Source: an uncultured Thermoleophilia bacterium (lineage in GTDB: Bacteria; Actinomycetota; Thermoleophilia; UBA2241). From it: a stretch of 64,000 nucleotides of DNA. The stretch covers positions 992,001-1,056,000 of the forward strand of contig CAVPCT010000005.1 in assembly GCA_963702475.1 (NCBI GenBank), written 5' to 3'. A model generated the notes under the pieces. It made no database searches. It saw nothing but the letters and a program-made list of their open reading frames with translations, and was not told the DNA's origin. The translations under genes were made by a program, and so were the position numbers. Positions 40,691 to 51,688 of this stretch are shown here, piece after piece. Numbering within the stretch: position 1 is the stretch's first letter; each line of letters starts with the position of its first letter.

Positions 40691-42239
40691 TTAGACGGTG
40701 CGCACCAGTTCGCTGCGCAGGACCTTGCCGGCGGCGCTGCGCGGCAGGACGTCCCGGAAGTGGACGCCGCGCGGTATCTTGTAGGGGGCGAGGTACTCGC
40801 GGCAGTGGGCGAGGATGAGCTCCCGCGAGACGTCGACGCCCGGCGCGACGACCACGAACGCCTCGACCGCCTCGCCGAGCAGCTCGTCCGGCACGCCGGC
40901 GACACAGACCTCGGCCACGCCCGTCACCTCCGCGATCACGTCCTCGATCTCGCGCGGGCTGACGCGGTTGGCTCCCACCTTGATCATGTTCTTGATGCGG
41001 TCGACCAGGAAGATGAAGCCGTCATCGTCCTTGCGCCCGAGATCGCCCGTGTGCAGGCCGTCGGCCTTGAGCACGAGGGCGGTCTCCGCGGGGTCGTTCC
41101 AGTAGCCCTGCATGATGTTCTCGCCGGCGGCCACCAGCTCGCCGACTTCGCCCGGCGCGCACTCGCGGCCGTGCTCGTCGCGGATGGTCAGCGTGACGCC
41201 GGGGATCGGGATGCCGATGCTGCCGAGCTTCTCGCGCAGGCGTTCCGGCGGCACGTAGCTCAACCGCGCCGAGGCCTCGGTCTGCCCGTACATCACGAAC
41301 AGTCGTACGTGAGGAGGCAACTCGTCGAGGAGACGCCGCGTCAACGCCGCCGTCATGGCGCCGCCGGCCTGCGTGAGGTACCGCAGGTCCGGCCAGCCGC
41401 GACGCAGGAAGTCGGTCTTCGCCGCCAGGATCGCGTAGTTGGACGGTACGCCGGAGAAGCCGGAGACGCGCGACCGCTCGAGAGAGTCCACCACGGTCGA
41501 CGGATACGCGAAGCGGTTGTCGACGACCACGCGCCCACCCACCGCGAAGTGCGTGAGCAGGAGCGAGTTGCCGAAGCTGTAGTGGAACGGCAGCACGCTG
41601 AGGACACTGTCGTCCGCCGTCAGGTGCAGATAGGCCAGGATCTGCCGGGTGTTGGCGGCGAGATTCCGGTGCGTGAGCGTAGCTCCCCGGGGCAGGCCGG
41701 TGGAACCGCTGGTGTAGAGGATCGCGCAGAGGTCGTCGAGGCCGACGTCACTCGCCACGCGCGCCGGACTGGCCGACGCTAAGTCCTCAGCCCGCAGCAC
41801 CTGCACCCCCGCGGGCAACGCCCAGGCGGGGGCCACTCGGTCGATGATGACGAAGCGCAGATCGGGAGCGCCGTGGACGATCTCGGGCAGATCGTGCGAG
41901 ACGCGTCCGGCCATGGTCACCAGCCCGACCGCCCCGCTGTCGGCTCAGCAAAGCCCCATGGGTGCGCGCCATGTTGGCGCCGTTCAAGGCCACACAGCAG
42001 GCGCCGGCCTTCAGGATCCCGAAGAACCCCTCGACGTAGGCGCGGCCGTTGTCCGCGAGCAATCCCAAGCGGTCGCCCCGCGCGACGCCCAGCTCGCGCA
42101 GGCGGGCCGCGAGACGATTGGCGCCCGCCTCGATCTCACCGTAGGTCAGGACGACGTCGCCATGCTCCAACGCGGCGGCGTCGCCGCGTTGATCGGCGCT
42201 CTGCTCGAGCAGCGTGTGGACCAGTGCAAGGTCTTCCAT
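40691..42239 (-). CDS. AMP-forming acyl-CoA/acyl-ACP ligase (frameshift near 41940)
   Basis: LTYGEI..GANRLA, YTSGSTGLPRG, MYGQTEASARL, LHTGDLG, LPRSAAGKV. Confidence 0.9.
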
Positions 42240-42695
42240 GTGCCAGACCATCGTGCGTTGGCGTGAGACAGAATCACCGAGGCTGTGGCCCGGTGCCCGC
42301 TGACAGGCATCGTATCTCCTGCGCCCCAGCGATGGTAGCGGAGAGCAGCGGGCGTAGCCAAGAGAGCGAACGCGTTCCGGTGGACCTCCCGAGCCCGCCC
42401 TGGAAACTGGATCATCGAGGCGGGCATGTCCCGGGAGTCGATCACGCATGCATAAGGCAGCCGACTCGCGGCGACAGCGCCATTCGTCCCACGCACAGTC
42501 TGCGATGCTCGGCTTTGGCCCGGACGTCTGCGTCGCCGTTCCCAGCCGACATCGAGTGGCGTACACTGGCGATACCTGCGGAGCGCGGCTTATGGCGATC
42601 AGCCTCTGGCAGCGAGGGCGGGATCAGGTGAGGACGCGGTGCAGATGGAGCCAGCTTCCAGGCGAACAGGGCAACCTCTCAGCGGGAGGCCGGAA

Positions 42696-44277
42696 ATGCG
42701 TTGTGACAAGGAGAGGAATCGGCGTCGCACCAGGGGCATCGTCGGCGGCCTGGTCCTCGCGGTCAGCGTCCTCGGCTTCGCTGGCGTGCTCGCTCTCCCC
42801 GTGCCGGCGGGGGCGTCCGTCAACACCGGCTCCGCCGGCCACGCCGGTGAAACTCGTCTTCGTCCACCACTCCACCGGCGAGGCCTGGCTGGCGGACGCA
42901 CACGGCGGTCTCGGCATAGCGCTGCGCAATAACAACTACTTCGTCAGCGACACCAACTACGGCTGGGGTCCTGACGCGATCGGCGACACCACCGACATCG
43001 GCCACTGGTGGACCTGGTTCCGGGGCCCATCCTCGCCCACCTACCTCGCTGCCCTTTATGCGGAGAGCGGCCGGCACAGCCGCGGCTACTCCCGGCTCGA
43101 CAAGGACCCCGGCGGCCCCAACGAGATCATCATGTTCAAGAGCTGCTACCCGAACTCGAAGCTGAGCATGCCAGAATCGCCTGTGCCGGCCATAGCCGAC
43201 AATCCGCTCAAGGGCCGGGCCGTCGGCAGCAGCGCCTACACTGTCGCGAACGCCAAAGGCATCTACCTCGACCTCCTGCCCTACTTCGGCGCCCATCCCG
43301 AGAAGCTGTTCGTGGCCGTGGTCGCGCCGCCGGTCGCGTCTCCTGACACGCCCGGCGGCCGGGCGCTGGCCGACTGGCTCGTCGACCACTGGCTGCAGGA
43401 CTCCGGCTACACCGTGGGCAATGTGCTGGTCTTCGACTTCTACAACGTGCTGAGCAGCAAGACCGGCGGTAGCGCGAGTGACGTCGGCCTCGCAACGGGC
43501 AACCATCACCGCGTCTGGAACGGTGCCGTCCAGCACAAGACCGACGAGGGCGCCAACCGCCTCGCCTACCCGAGTGCCACCGGTGGCAGCCATCCCAACG
43601 CCGCAGGCGACCAGAAGGCGACAGCCGAGTTCGTACCGCTGCTCAACGCCGCCTACAACGCCTGGAAGGGTGAGCCGTCCCCGCCGCCCGTCACCACGGC
43701 CACGGGCTACGACGACGCATGGCACCGCAGCGCGGTGACAGTGAGCTTCTCAGCCGTGCCCGCCGTCGGCGGCCTCCCTGTCGCCTACACCGAGTACCGC
43801 CTCGACGGTGACGACTGGAAGCGCGGGAACTCGGTGGTCGTGACGGCCCCGGCCGACCACTCCGGCGACGGGCGGCACACCGTCTCCTATCGCTCCGCCG
43901 ACATCGGCGTGCCGCCCAGCATCGAGGACGCGCGGACCTGCACCGTCAGGATCGACACCACGGGGCCCTCGACGCGGGCGCTCGGCAAGGCCACGGTGAA
44001 GACGGGCACAGCAGTGACCGTGAGGTACCGGGTCGATGACGCTCTTCCCAGCGGCGTCGCACTAAGCCCCACTGCGACCGTGCAGATTGTCGTGCGCTCG
44101 GCTTCCCAGAGAGTCGTCAAGCGCCTGCGCCTCGGCGAGCAGGCGACGAACGTGCCGCTCTCGACAAGGTGGAACTGCACTCTGAGGAGGGGCAACTACC
44201 GTTTCTTCATCTACGCCACGGACGAGGCCGGAAACGCGCAGGAGAAGGTCGGCGTTGGCAGATTGACGGTGCGGTAG
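42696..44277 (+). CDS. Secreted HHSTG-motif SGNH-like protein with Ig-like and C-terminal beta domains (frameshift near 42830)
   Basis: Signal peptide in ORF 42639..42932; catalytic-like KLVFVHHSTG, MFKSCYP, FDFYNVL, GSHPNAAG in ORF 42448..44277. Confidence 0.7.
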
Positions 44278-44324
44278 GACTGACGACCGCGACCACTTCG
44301 TGGTCTACGTAGGTATCGCTCCAT

Positions 44325-44638
44325 GATGGCGAGACGGGCGCGAAAGCGCCCCGCCGTGAAGATGAGGCCGTTGTCACCTCTGATGACCGGCGGGCGGTCC
44401 GGGCGCAGCGTGCCGAAGCGGGCGAGCCGGGCCTCTTCGAGAGCGCGCTCAGCCTCGCGGGCGCGGCCGCGCAGGCTGAACTCCCAGCCGACGATCTCGC
44501 GGTCGTGGCAAGCACGACCGCGGCCTTGCGCTTCGCCGTCCAGCGCTGAACCTCGTCGGGGATGTCGCTCATCACTGCCACCTCCTCCCTACTCATGATG
44601 AGCACGTCGCCCTGGTGGCTTCAAGAATCAGGGGAGCA
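44325..44638 (-). mobile_element. Internally deleted IS3-family remnant
   Basis: End TGCTCCCCTGATTCTTGAAGCCA; OrfA start DEVQRWTAKRKAAVVL joined directly to rve-core fragment DREIVGWEFSLRGRAREAERALEEA...DNGLIFT. Confidence 0.75.
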
Positions 44639-44865
44639 GGATACGACGCACATGATCACGGTGTAGCGCGGAGAGCCTGCCAGAGACGTATCGGGGGCAG
44701 GGACTGATCAAGTCGAAAGGGGCCGCCTGAGAGCAGCCAACCCTGGCCCATCAAGGTCCTGGTCGCCCGGGCCGGGCCACCACAGATCCGCCGGGGGTGT
44801 GTCCTACCCCGTGAAGCTTTGACCTTAGTGCGCCCCCCTGTCACTCGCCATCGTTACGACGGCGG

Positions 44866-46444
44866 TCAAGCATGTGAGTCGTAGCGGTAGTGATCGTAGC
44901 CGTGTCGCCGCATGGCCTTGACTATCAGCACCAGGCCCAGCTTACGGCACGGCATCAGCGAGATCTGGTTCGCCGCTTCCTGGAGCAGCGGTCGCTTCGC
45001 ACGCGTGAGATCGACGAGGAAGACCATCCCGTCCACGCAACGGGCTATCGCCGCGGTGTCACCCACGGCCAGCAGAGCCGGCGCATCGACAATGACCGTA
45101 TCGAACTCCGCCTCAAGCTCGTCGATCACCGCGGCGAAACTCCTCGATGCGATGAGCTCCGCGGGATTCGGTGGCACGGGCCCGCTGGTGAGGATGGTCA
45201 GGGAACCATCACGGTTCGATGACGCGATGGCACCGCCCATCGCAGCGGACCTCGGGCCGACCGTTCGCGACGTCAAAGCGGCCTTGAGTTCTGTCCTGCC
45301 GGTGAGCACTGTGGACACGCCCGTCGAGTTGGGGAGTCTGAGGTGCCTGTGTACCTGCGGCCGTCGCAGGTCGCCATCGACGAGTACGACTCGGTTGCCG
45401 GCTTCAGCCAACGGCAAGGGCAAGGTTGCACACGGTAACGCTCTTGCCTTCATGCTGGAGGGCGCTTGTGATGAAGAGGGATCTTGACCGGCTGGTCGAC
45501 GTTGGCGAACTCCAGGCTTCCGCGCAGCTTCCGGATGGCTTCAGCTGATTGGTTCTGCGACCCATCCAGAACGAAGAGCATCTCGTCCTCCGAGGTGCCT
45601 GCCGGCATCTTCCGAATCTGACCCCACAAGGGCATGCCGAGGAGGGCAACAGCCTCTTCCTGGCTCCGCACACGCGTGTCGAACTGCGCAACGGTCAAGG
45701 CGATCACGATGCCGAGCACCAGGCCAGCCACCAAGCCCATCGCTGCGTTGCGGACCGGGCGCGGCGAAAACGGTGCGTAGGGCGCGGTAGCCGGGGCGAG
45801 GATGGTGAAGTTGCCCGTCGCCGTCGCTTCGAGGATCTGAAGATCCTGGAGGCGCTGCTGGAGAGTGAGATACTCAGGAGTCTGTCTCGACGCCTCGCTG
45901 GTGAACGTCTCCATGCTGCTCCTGACAACCTGCTCCGCCTGGCGCACGCGAGCCTGTTCTCGCGCCTTTCGGTAGGCAGTGAACGCCTTGGCGTACGCGT
46001 TGGCGGCACTTGCCGCCATCTCCGCACTGGGACTGACTGCCCTGATCGACACGGTGCTGATGCTGCTCGGGTCGGTCGAGGAGCTCGACTTGGCGCCGGA
46101 TACTGTTTCCACGCTGAAGCTGGCCACCGTCGCACCCCCCGAGAGAATCGCCTTTGCGTCGCGGACAAGCTCCGGGCTCGCGATCACGTCTGCGACACTG
46201 GCAAGCTCCGTCTGCCTCAGCGAAGTGTCGACGAAACGCGCAGAGAGCGGATCCGCCACGTTCAGCTGATTCTCGTAGAGAAGCTTGGCAGACGCCTCGT
46301 ACAGGGGCGTCTGCATGAAGGAGTACGCAAGAGCGAGTGCTGTCACTGCGGCCGTCACGAAGATGACGATCCATTTCTTCTGCCAGACGGCTCGCGCGTA
46401 GTCGCTCAAGGTCGGCTCTTGCCGCTGTTCGCCAAAGCAGTCAA
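44866..46444 (-). CDS. Wzc-type polysaccharide co-polymerase / tyrosine autokinase (several frameshifts near 45410-45490 and at the start)
   Basis: Wzz-like N-terminus PLYEASAKL, SPRPVRN, Walker A ITSALQHEGKS, DGDLRRP, SGPVPPNPAEL, C-terminal YDHYRYD. Confidence 0.88.
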
Positions 46445-46562
46445 GACACTCCTTCTCGTTCGCTACATCGTTCGCTACATCCTAGGGTGACCCGTCCCGT
46501 TCGGCAACGCGCGGCGGTCACTGCTCATACTCGGCGATCAAGTGGTCCACATATCGGCATCA

Positions 46563-47932
46563 TCACCGGCTTTCGCAAGGTCTCGAATGGAACGCAGAGG
46601 ACCTTGACGACGCTACCGTCACAACGCCCATCCACAGCGAGCGCAGGGTGCGGGCCCCTACAGCGCAGGGGTGCCTGCGGGAATCCGGCGGTCGAGCTCG
46701 ACACCTGATGTGGAGGGCTGGGGCACACCGGACTCTCTCGGCCAGCGCCGCATTCCGCGCAAGGATCAGTGCCACGGCGAGGATCAGCAGAACCACGTTG
46801 TTGGTGTTCAGCAGATTCGTGTTGAACAGACAGAACAGGAGATAGAAGGCCAGATACCCCAACATGACCGCACTCATAGGATCATGTCGCCGGTTCCGCC
46901 ACCCTATGCGTGCGGTAGCCGCCATGATGCCGGCAACCAGGGCGAATCCCACGATCCCCTGTTGCCCTAGCAGCTGCATGACCCAGTTGTGGGGCTCGAA
47001 GAAGTAGCGCACATCGACGAGATAGAGCGCCCACTCCACTGATAGTCACCCAGCGGGTTCGCCACGAAGTAGTCCCATGCGAGTCTCGGGCGGTCGACCC
47101 TGTCATAGGCGCTGCCGTCGGCGGTCGGATTCAGCATCGTGCGAAGCGAGTAGATGACGCTGTCTCGAGCCATCGGAGACAAGGTGAACAGCAGCAGGGT
47201 GGCGGACGCGGCGACCAGCACGATGATAGCCGTTCGCCTCCCCAGCCGACCGGAGTTCACGAGCAACGCGGGCACGGTGAAGAGCAGAGCGACGTATGCG
47301 GAGCGATGATTCGTGAGTGCCATCCCGAGCAGGCCCACCAAGGCCATGACATACGAAACTATCGTGGGACGCCGAAGGAAGAGCGACGTGAGAATCAGGA
47401 ACCCGAACAGCAAGGTGGCGCCGCCCCAGAGCTCTCGCAGGCGGAAGGTCTCCCCTTCGTTCCATCCAGTGATCCCGACGGTCGCGTACTTGTAGAACGC
47501 GAAGAGGGCCAGACAGACAGCCGCCACATTGACCCAAGTCACGATCCGCTGAGGGGACACATACTTCAGTCCGACCAGGTACACGAACGGGATGAGCACC
47601 AACACGACCCGGTTGGACAGCTGGCGCGCAACAGCGATGGGATCCAGTCCGTGGAAGATCACGGCAATCGGGAGGACCACCGCGATCTGGTAGGCGAAAT
47701 AGCCAAGCACCAGTGCAATCACCGTACGATTCGCCGAGGGAATTGGCTGCCCCTGCCGCAGGGTCGCTTCCCGCAGCAGCAGAACGACGGCTACCAGCAA
47801 GAGAAGGTCGGAGAGGTAGACGTTGATGGGGCCGATGCTGAATCCCATGATCGCACCCTCTGCGTTGACGGCGGTCGAGACGGCCGTGTACGCAACGAGC
47901 ACGAGAAGCACTATGCGAATCAGCATGGCCAC
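46563..47932 (-). CDS. O-antigen ligase/Wzy-type polymerase (frameshift near 47030; 3' end uncertain)
   Basis: Multi-TM; TNHRSAYV, DR..LAW...NPLG, PHNWVMQLLGQQGIVG. Confidence 0.8.
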
Positions 47933-48151
47933 GCTGAGATTGTAGCGGTTCCGAACAGCGGTTGGGGGTCGGCCTCCCGGGCGCGAGCGGCAGGCTGAGG
48001 CGTGAGCCAGCCACCGCTCGCGCGTCGTGCACGCTGGTCGCAACCGCCGTCGCTGGCCCTCACCGAGCCGTGTCTGGCAAGGGACGGAGCACGACGAACA
48101 GGGGCGGAGGTACCTCTCTCCGTCGCGAGTGACGCCTGGGGCTGCGCCTCG

Positions 48152-50901
48152 TTACGGGCGTATCACCGTGTTCGGGGTCACGATGTTGCCGGTTGCCCCA
48201 CCCCATCCGTTGTAGACACGCGGCGCTGCACCGAGGTACAGGGTGTTGCCGGTGAAGTTGTTGCCCGTCGAATCACTGCCGTTGAACTCCATGACGCCGT
48301 TGCCCGGCCAGTAGGCGGGAGAAGTCACCGTGGAAGTTGAAGGTGTTGCCGGTGATGGTGTTGTTGGCCTGGCAGAGGACGACGATGCCGCGTCCGGGGG
48401 AGATGCCGTTCTCCGAGGTGTCGAAGTCGAAGGTGTTGCCGGTGATGATGTAGCGCGCGTCGGTCCCCCAGCCGAAGTCGCTGTCGTGGACGGCCGCCTC
48501 AGTGCAGGCATGGAAATGGTTGTTGCGGATGATGACGTTTTTCGGCTGCTCCAGCTCGATGCCGTAGCCCCAGCGGGTGCTGCCGAGGTTCTGGCCTGCG
48601 CCGTGGAAGAGGCAGCCCTCGACGAGCACGCCGTCGCCCTGACCGGAGTAGCCGTAGCAGGCGAAGTCGAGCGTTTGGAGGTTGCTCGTCTCGAACTCGC
48701 AGCCGTGGAAGTGGACGTCCTTCCAGTGGGATGCTCGGATGCTCGTTCGTGGTCCAGACCTCGACCATCATGCGCTGCGCCCCGCTGGCGACGCCGTTGC
48801 TGACGCCGAAGTGGCAGCCGATGAAGTCGACCCCTTCGACGACGCCGCCCTGCGCATACACGGAGACGGTGTTCTCGTCGATGGCGTTGCCGGGATAGCT
48901 CGTACCGAGAGTCCGCTCGAACTCGCAGTCGGTGAAGGTGAGGTTGTAGACGTTGGAGCCTGACGAGCTGTAGCCACGCCCGATCATGACGGTAGGAGCA
49001 TCACGCTGCACCGTTGGATTGCCTCCGCCTCGGAAGTGACAACGGGTGAAGGAGGAGCCGCTGGAGTTGTCGGCGTTCGTGACCGCGCACAGACCCGCCG
49101 TCGCAGGGCCGATCTTCAGGTCGGTGAACTGGCAGTCGCTTTGGAAGTCGATGTGTCCCTGGAGCCAAGTCCCCGTCATCGACTCACCGACGAGCTTGGT
49201 GCCGTCGGGCACGGCCAGCGCCGAGGCGAGCTTGTAGGTACCCGCCGGAAAGTAGACGGCCGCTCCACGAGCAGCGGCGATAGCACTCTGGATATGAGGC
49301 ACGTCATCGGTAACGCCGTCGGCATGCGCACCGTAGTCCATGACATTGAACGTGCTGCCTACGGGCGCCGGCGTGGGCGTCACGCTCGGCGTGGGCGTCA
49401 CGCTCGGCGTGGGCGTCACGCTCGGCGTGGGCGTCACGCTCGGCGTGGGCGTCACGCTCGGCGTGGGCGTCACGCTCGGCGTGGGCGTCACGCTCGGCGT
49501 GGCGGTCGGTGTCACGGGCACCAGCCGTATCCAGGCCCAGCCGAAGACCGAGTAGCTGCCGCTCAGCAGGTCGGCGTCCTGTGCGTACAGTGAGAAGGTG
49601 CCGTCGCTGACGGTCACCGAGCCGAGGCGGTACTCGGTGTGCTCGGTCGCCCCGCCGCTGCCGCCGACGGTGTCGATGGAGTAGAGCTTCGTCGCACTCG
49701 CCGAGTAGCCCCAGTAGTAGCGCATGTTGCGCCCGGTCCTCTGGGTGTAGAGGTTGGCGTACACGTCGTAGGTGCCGTTGGCGAGGCCTGAGGTGAAGAA
49801 GCGCATCGCCGGCAGCGCGTATCTCTCGTATTCGTTCGCGCCCGCCAAGACCGTCGGGAAGGGGCGCCCGGCGGTGTAGAGGAACTCGGTCCAGCGACCG
49901 TCCGACAGGTTGATGGCGGAGGTGCTCGTGGTGGTCGCCAGCACGGGGCTCTGGTGGGCGTCGTCCCAACAGTTGACGGTGACAGAGGAGCCAGGTACCG
50001 CGGCGGTGGGCGTCGGGGTCGGGGTCGCTGCCGGGACGGGCGCAGGGGGCACCGTAGGCGTCGGCGAGGGGGTCCGCGTCGGCGTTGCTGACGGGGTGGG
50101 CGTCGCAGTCGGCGTCGGGGTCGGCGTTGCTGACGGGGTGGGCGTCGGGGTGGGCGTTGCTGGCGGGGTGGGCGTCGGTGCCGGAGCGGACGCCACCTCC
50201 CCGTTCACGGTGATCTCGTTGGCGGTGGCCCATGCCCAGGAGGGGGTCACGCCGAGGACCCGGATCCGCACGTAGCGCGCGCTGGCGATGAAGGCATCGG
50301 AGGTGGCCCCGCTGATCCTGTTGCCGCTGCGATCGACCACGGTGGTGAAGCTGTCGCCGTCGAGACTCGTCTCGATGCGGTAGCGGTATGTGCGCAACGC
50401 GCCGAACCAGGCCGTCCGGACGCCGTACACAGTCGTCGGGCCGCCGAGATCCACCTTCCACCATTGCGGATAGCCACTAGAACTTGCGGACCAGCGGGTG
50501 CTGGCCGAGCCGTCGTTGGCGAAGGACGCCGGAGAACCCGGCTCGGTGGTGCTCGCTGAGGCCGGCCGACCGATCGACACGGGCGCTCCGGGGATGTCGG
50601 TCTCGCCGTCCACCGTCGCCGTTCGGGCCGCGTCGACCCGCGTCAGGGCGACCGAGTGCTGCTGCCGCTTGACGACCCGATAGCATGGCACCCCGTCGAC
50701 CTTCACGTACTCCTCGTGGTGTCCGACCACGAGGGTGCGGCCGTAGCCCCTGACCACGTCGTAGGAGCGGGCGTGCTTGATGACCTTGTAGCGAAGGACC
50801 TTCGTGTGCGGAGCGGCGGACGACGCGGACGACGCGCAGACACCGGCGGCAAGGGACGTGAGCACGAGCAGTGCGACTGCGATGGCGAGTCTCCTGGACA
50901 T
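48152..50901 (-). CDS. Secreted modular protein: basic N-domain, F5/8 type C (discoidin), PT linker, CWDDAHQ domain, TPTPSV linker, pectin-lyase-like beta-helix (frameshifts near 48730 and 48310)
   Basis: ANDGSASTRWSA...WWKVDLG...ARYVRI; FNVMDYGAHADGVTDD...VYFPAGTY; C-terminal parts in ORFs 48273..48629 and 48152..48511 match the paralogue at 53147-54583. Confidence 0.82.
49370..49502. repeat. Perfect 18-bp tandem repeat x7 (encodes a TPTPSV linker)
   Basis: GGCGTGGGCGTCACGCTC seven times plus a partial unit. Confidence 0.97.
49517..49987 (-). repeat. Copy B of the 471-bp direct repeat
   Basis: See 26782-27252; offset 22,735 bp, same orientation. Confidence 0.95.
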
Positions 50902-51040
50902 CGTGACCCCTCCGAGAGGATGAACACCGGGGTCTCGTCGGTGCCTGCGGGGGCTTCATCTCGGCGATCGTGTCGCACCGACGCGACTCACTGGAGTTCT
51001 GTTGGTCGTAACCGCGAGCAGTCGACACTGCTCGCAGGTG

Positions 51041-51068
51041 GCATCGGCGGAGCGAGGGGTTTCTTGAG
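51041..51068 (-). promoter_or_regulatory. Putative sigma-28 (FliA/WhiG)-type promoter
   Basis: Minus strand CTCAAG-N14-GCCGATGC about 140 bp upstream of ATG 50901. Confidence 0.6.
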
Positions 51069-51171
51069 CGCCTAGACGAGTATTTGTCGTCAATGTGGGC
51101 AACATGCCTCTCTATTGAGGACCAGCAGCGGCCGAGCGTGACCCTCTCCAACAGACATGACATCAAGGGGA

Positions 51172-51520
51172 CGAGAGAGCCCCCGAAGGATCCGCAGCAT
51201 GGCAAGCAGGGGCATGGACGACGCGACGGCGGCCATTCCGAGTACGAAGCCGGGTCGTCGACCTCTGCCGCGGCAGCGACAAGTCGATGGCAGAGGTCAG
51301 CCGCGACCTCGACCTGACCGAGTCCCATGTGCGTCGCTGAGTGGCCCAGGCGAAGCTCGACGCAGGACGCCCGGAGAGCCTCACGACGGACGCGCGGGAG
51401 GAGCTGACCCGTTTGCACGATGAGGACGGGGTCCTGTGCGAGGAGCGCGACACCCTCTGGGGTGCGACGACTCTTCTGGCGAGGGAGAGCCGCTCGACGC
51501 CAAGATACGCGAGCTGGCGA
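51172..51520 (+). mobile_element. Decayed IS3-family OrfA fragment
   Basis: SDKSMAEVSRDLDLTESHVRR*VAQAKLDAG...LTTDAREELTRL...LCEERDTL, with stop and indels. Confidence 0.75.
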
Positions 51521-51688
51521 TGGAGAACCGTTCTTCGTTCAGGGCGATCGAGCGCTTAGCCGCACCGAGCGCGAGGCGGTGATCGACAAGTCGCATTCTC
51601 TTCCGCCATGACAGCCGGTTCCGCAGCAAGGCCGCTGGGGTGGTCAGCCGCCAGGTGCAGACGGTCGACGGCCTGTCACAGAAGAGGT

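Noticed and set aside
49370-49502. Possible CRISPR array
   Set aside because: Head-to-tail 18-bp units with no spacers, in frame in a Pro/Thr linker; no cas genes.
26782-49987. Diversity-generating retroelement TR/VR pair
   Set aside because: Only one mismatch (synonymous), both copies are coding, the repeat is much longer than a typical TR, and no reverse transcriptase is in the window.
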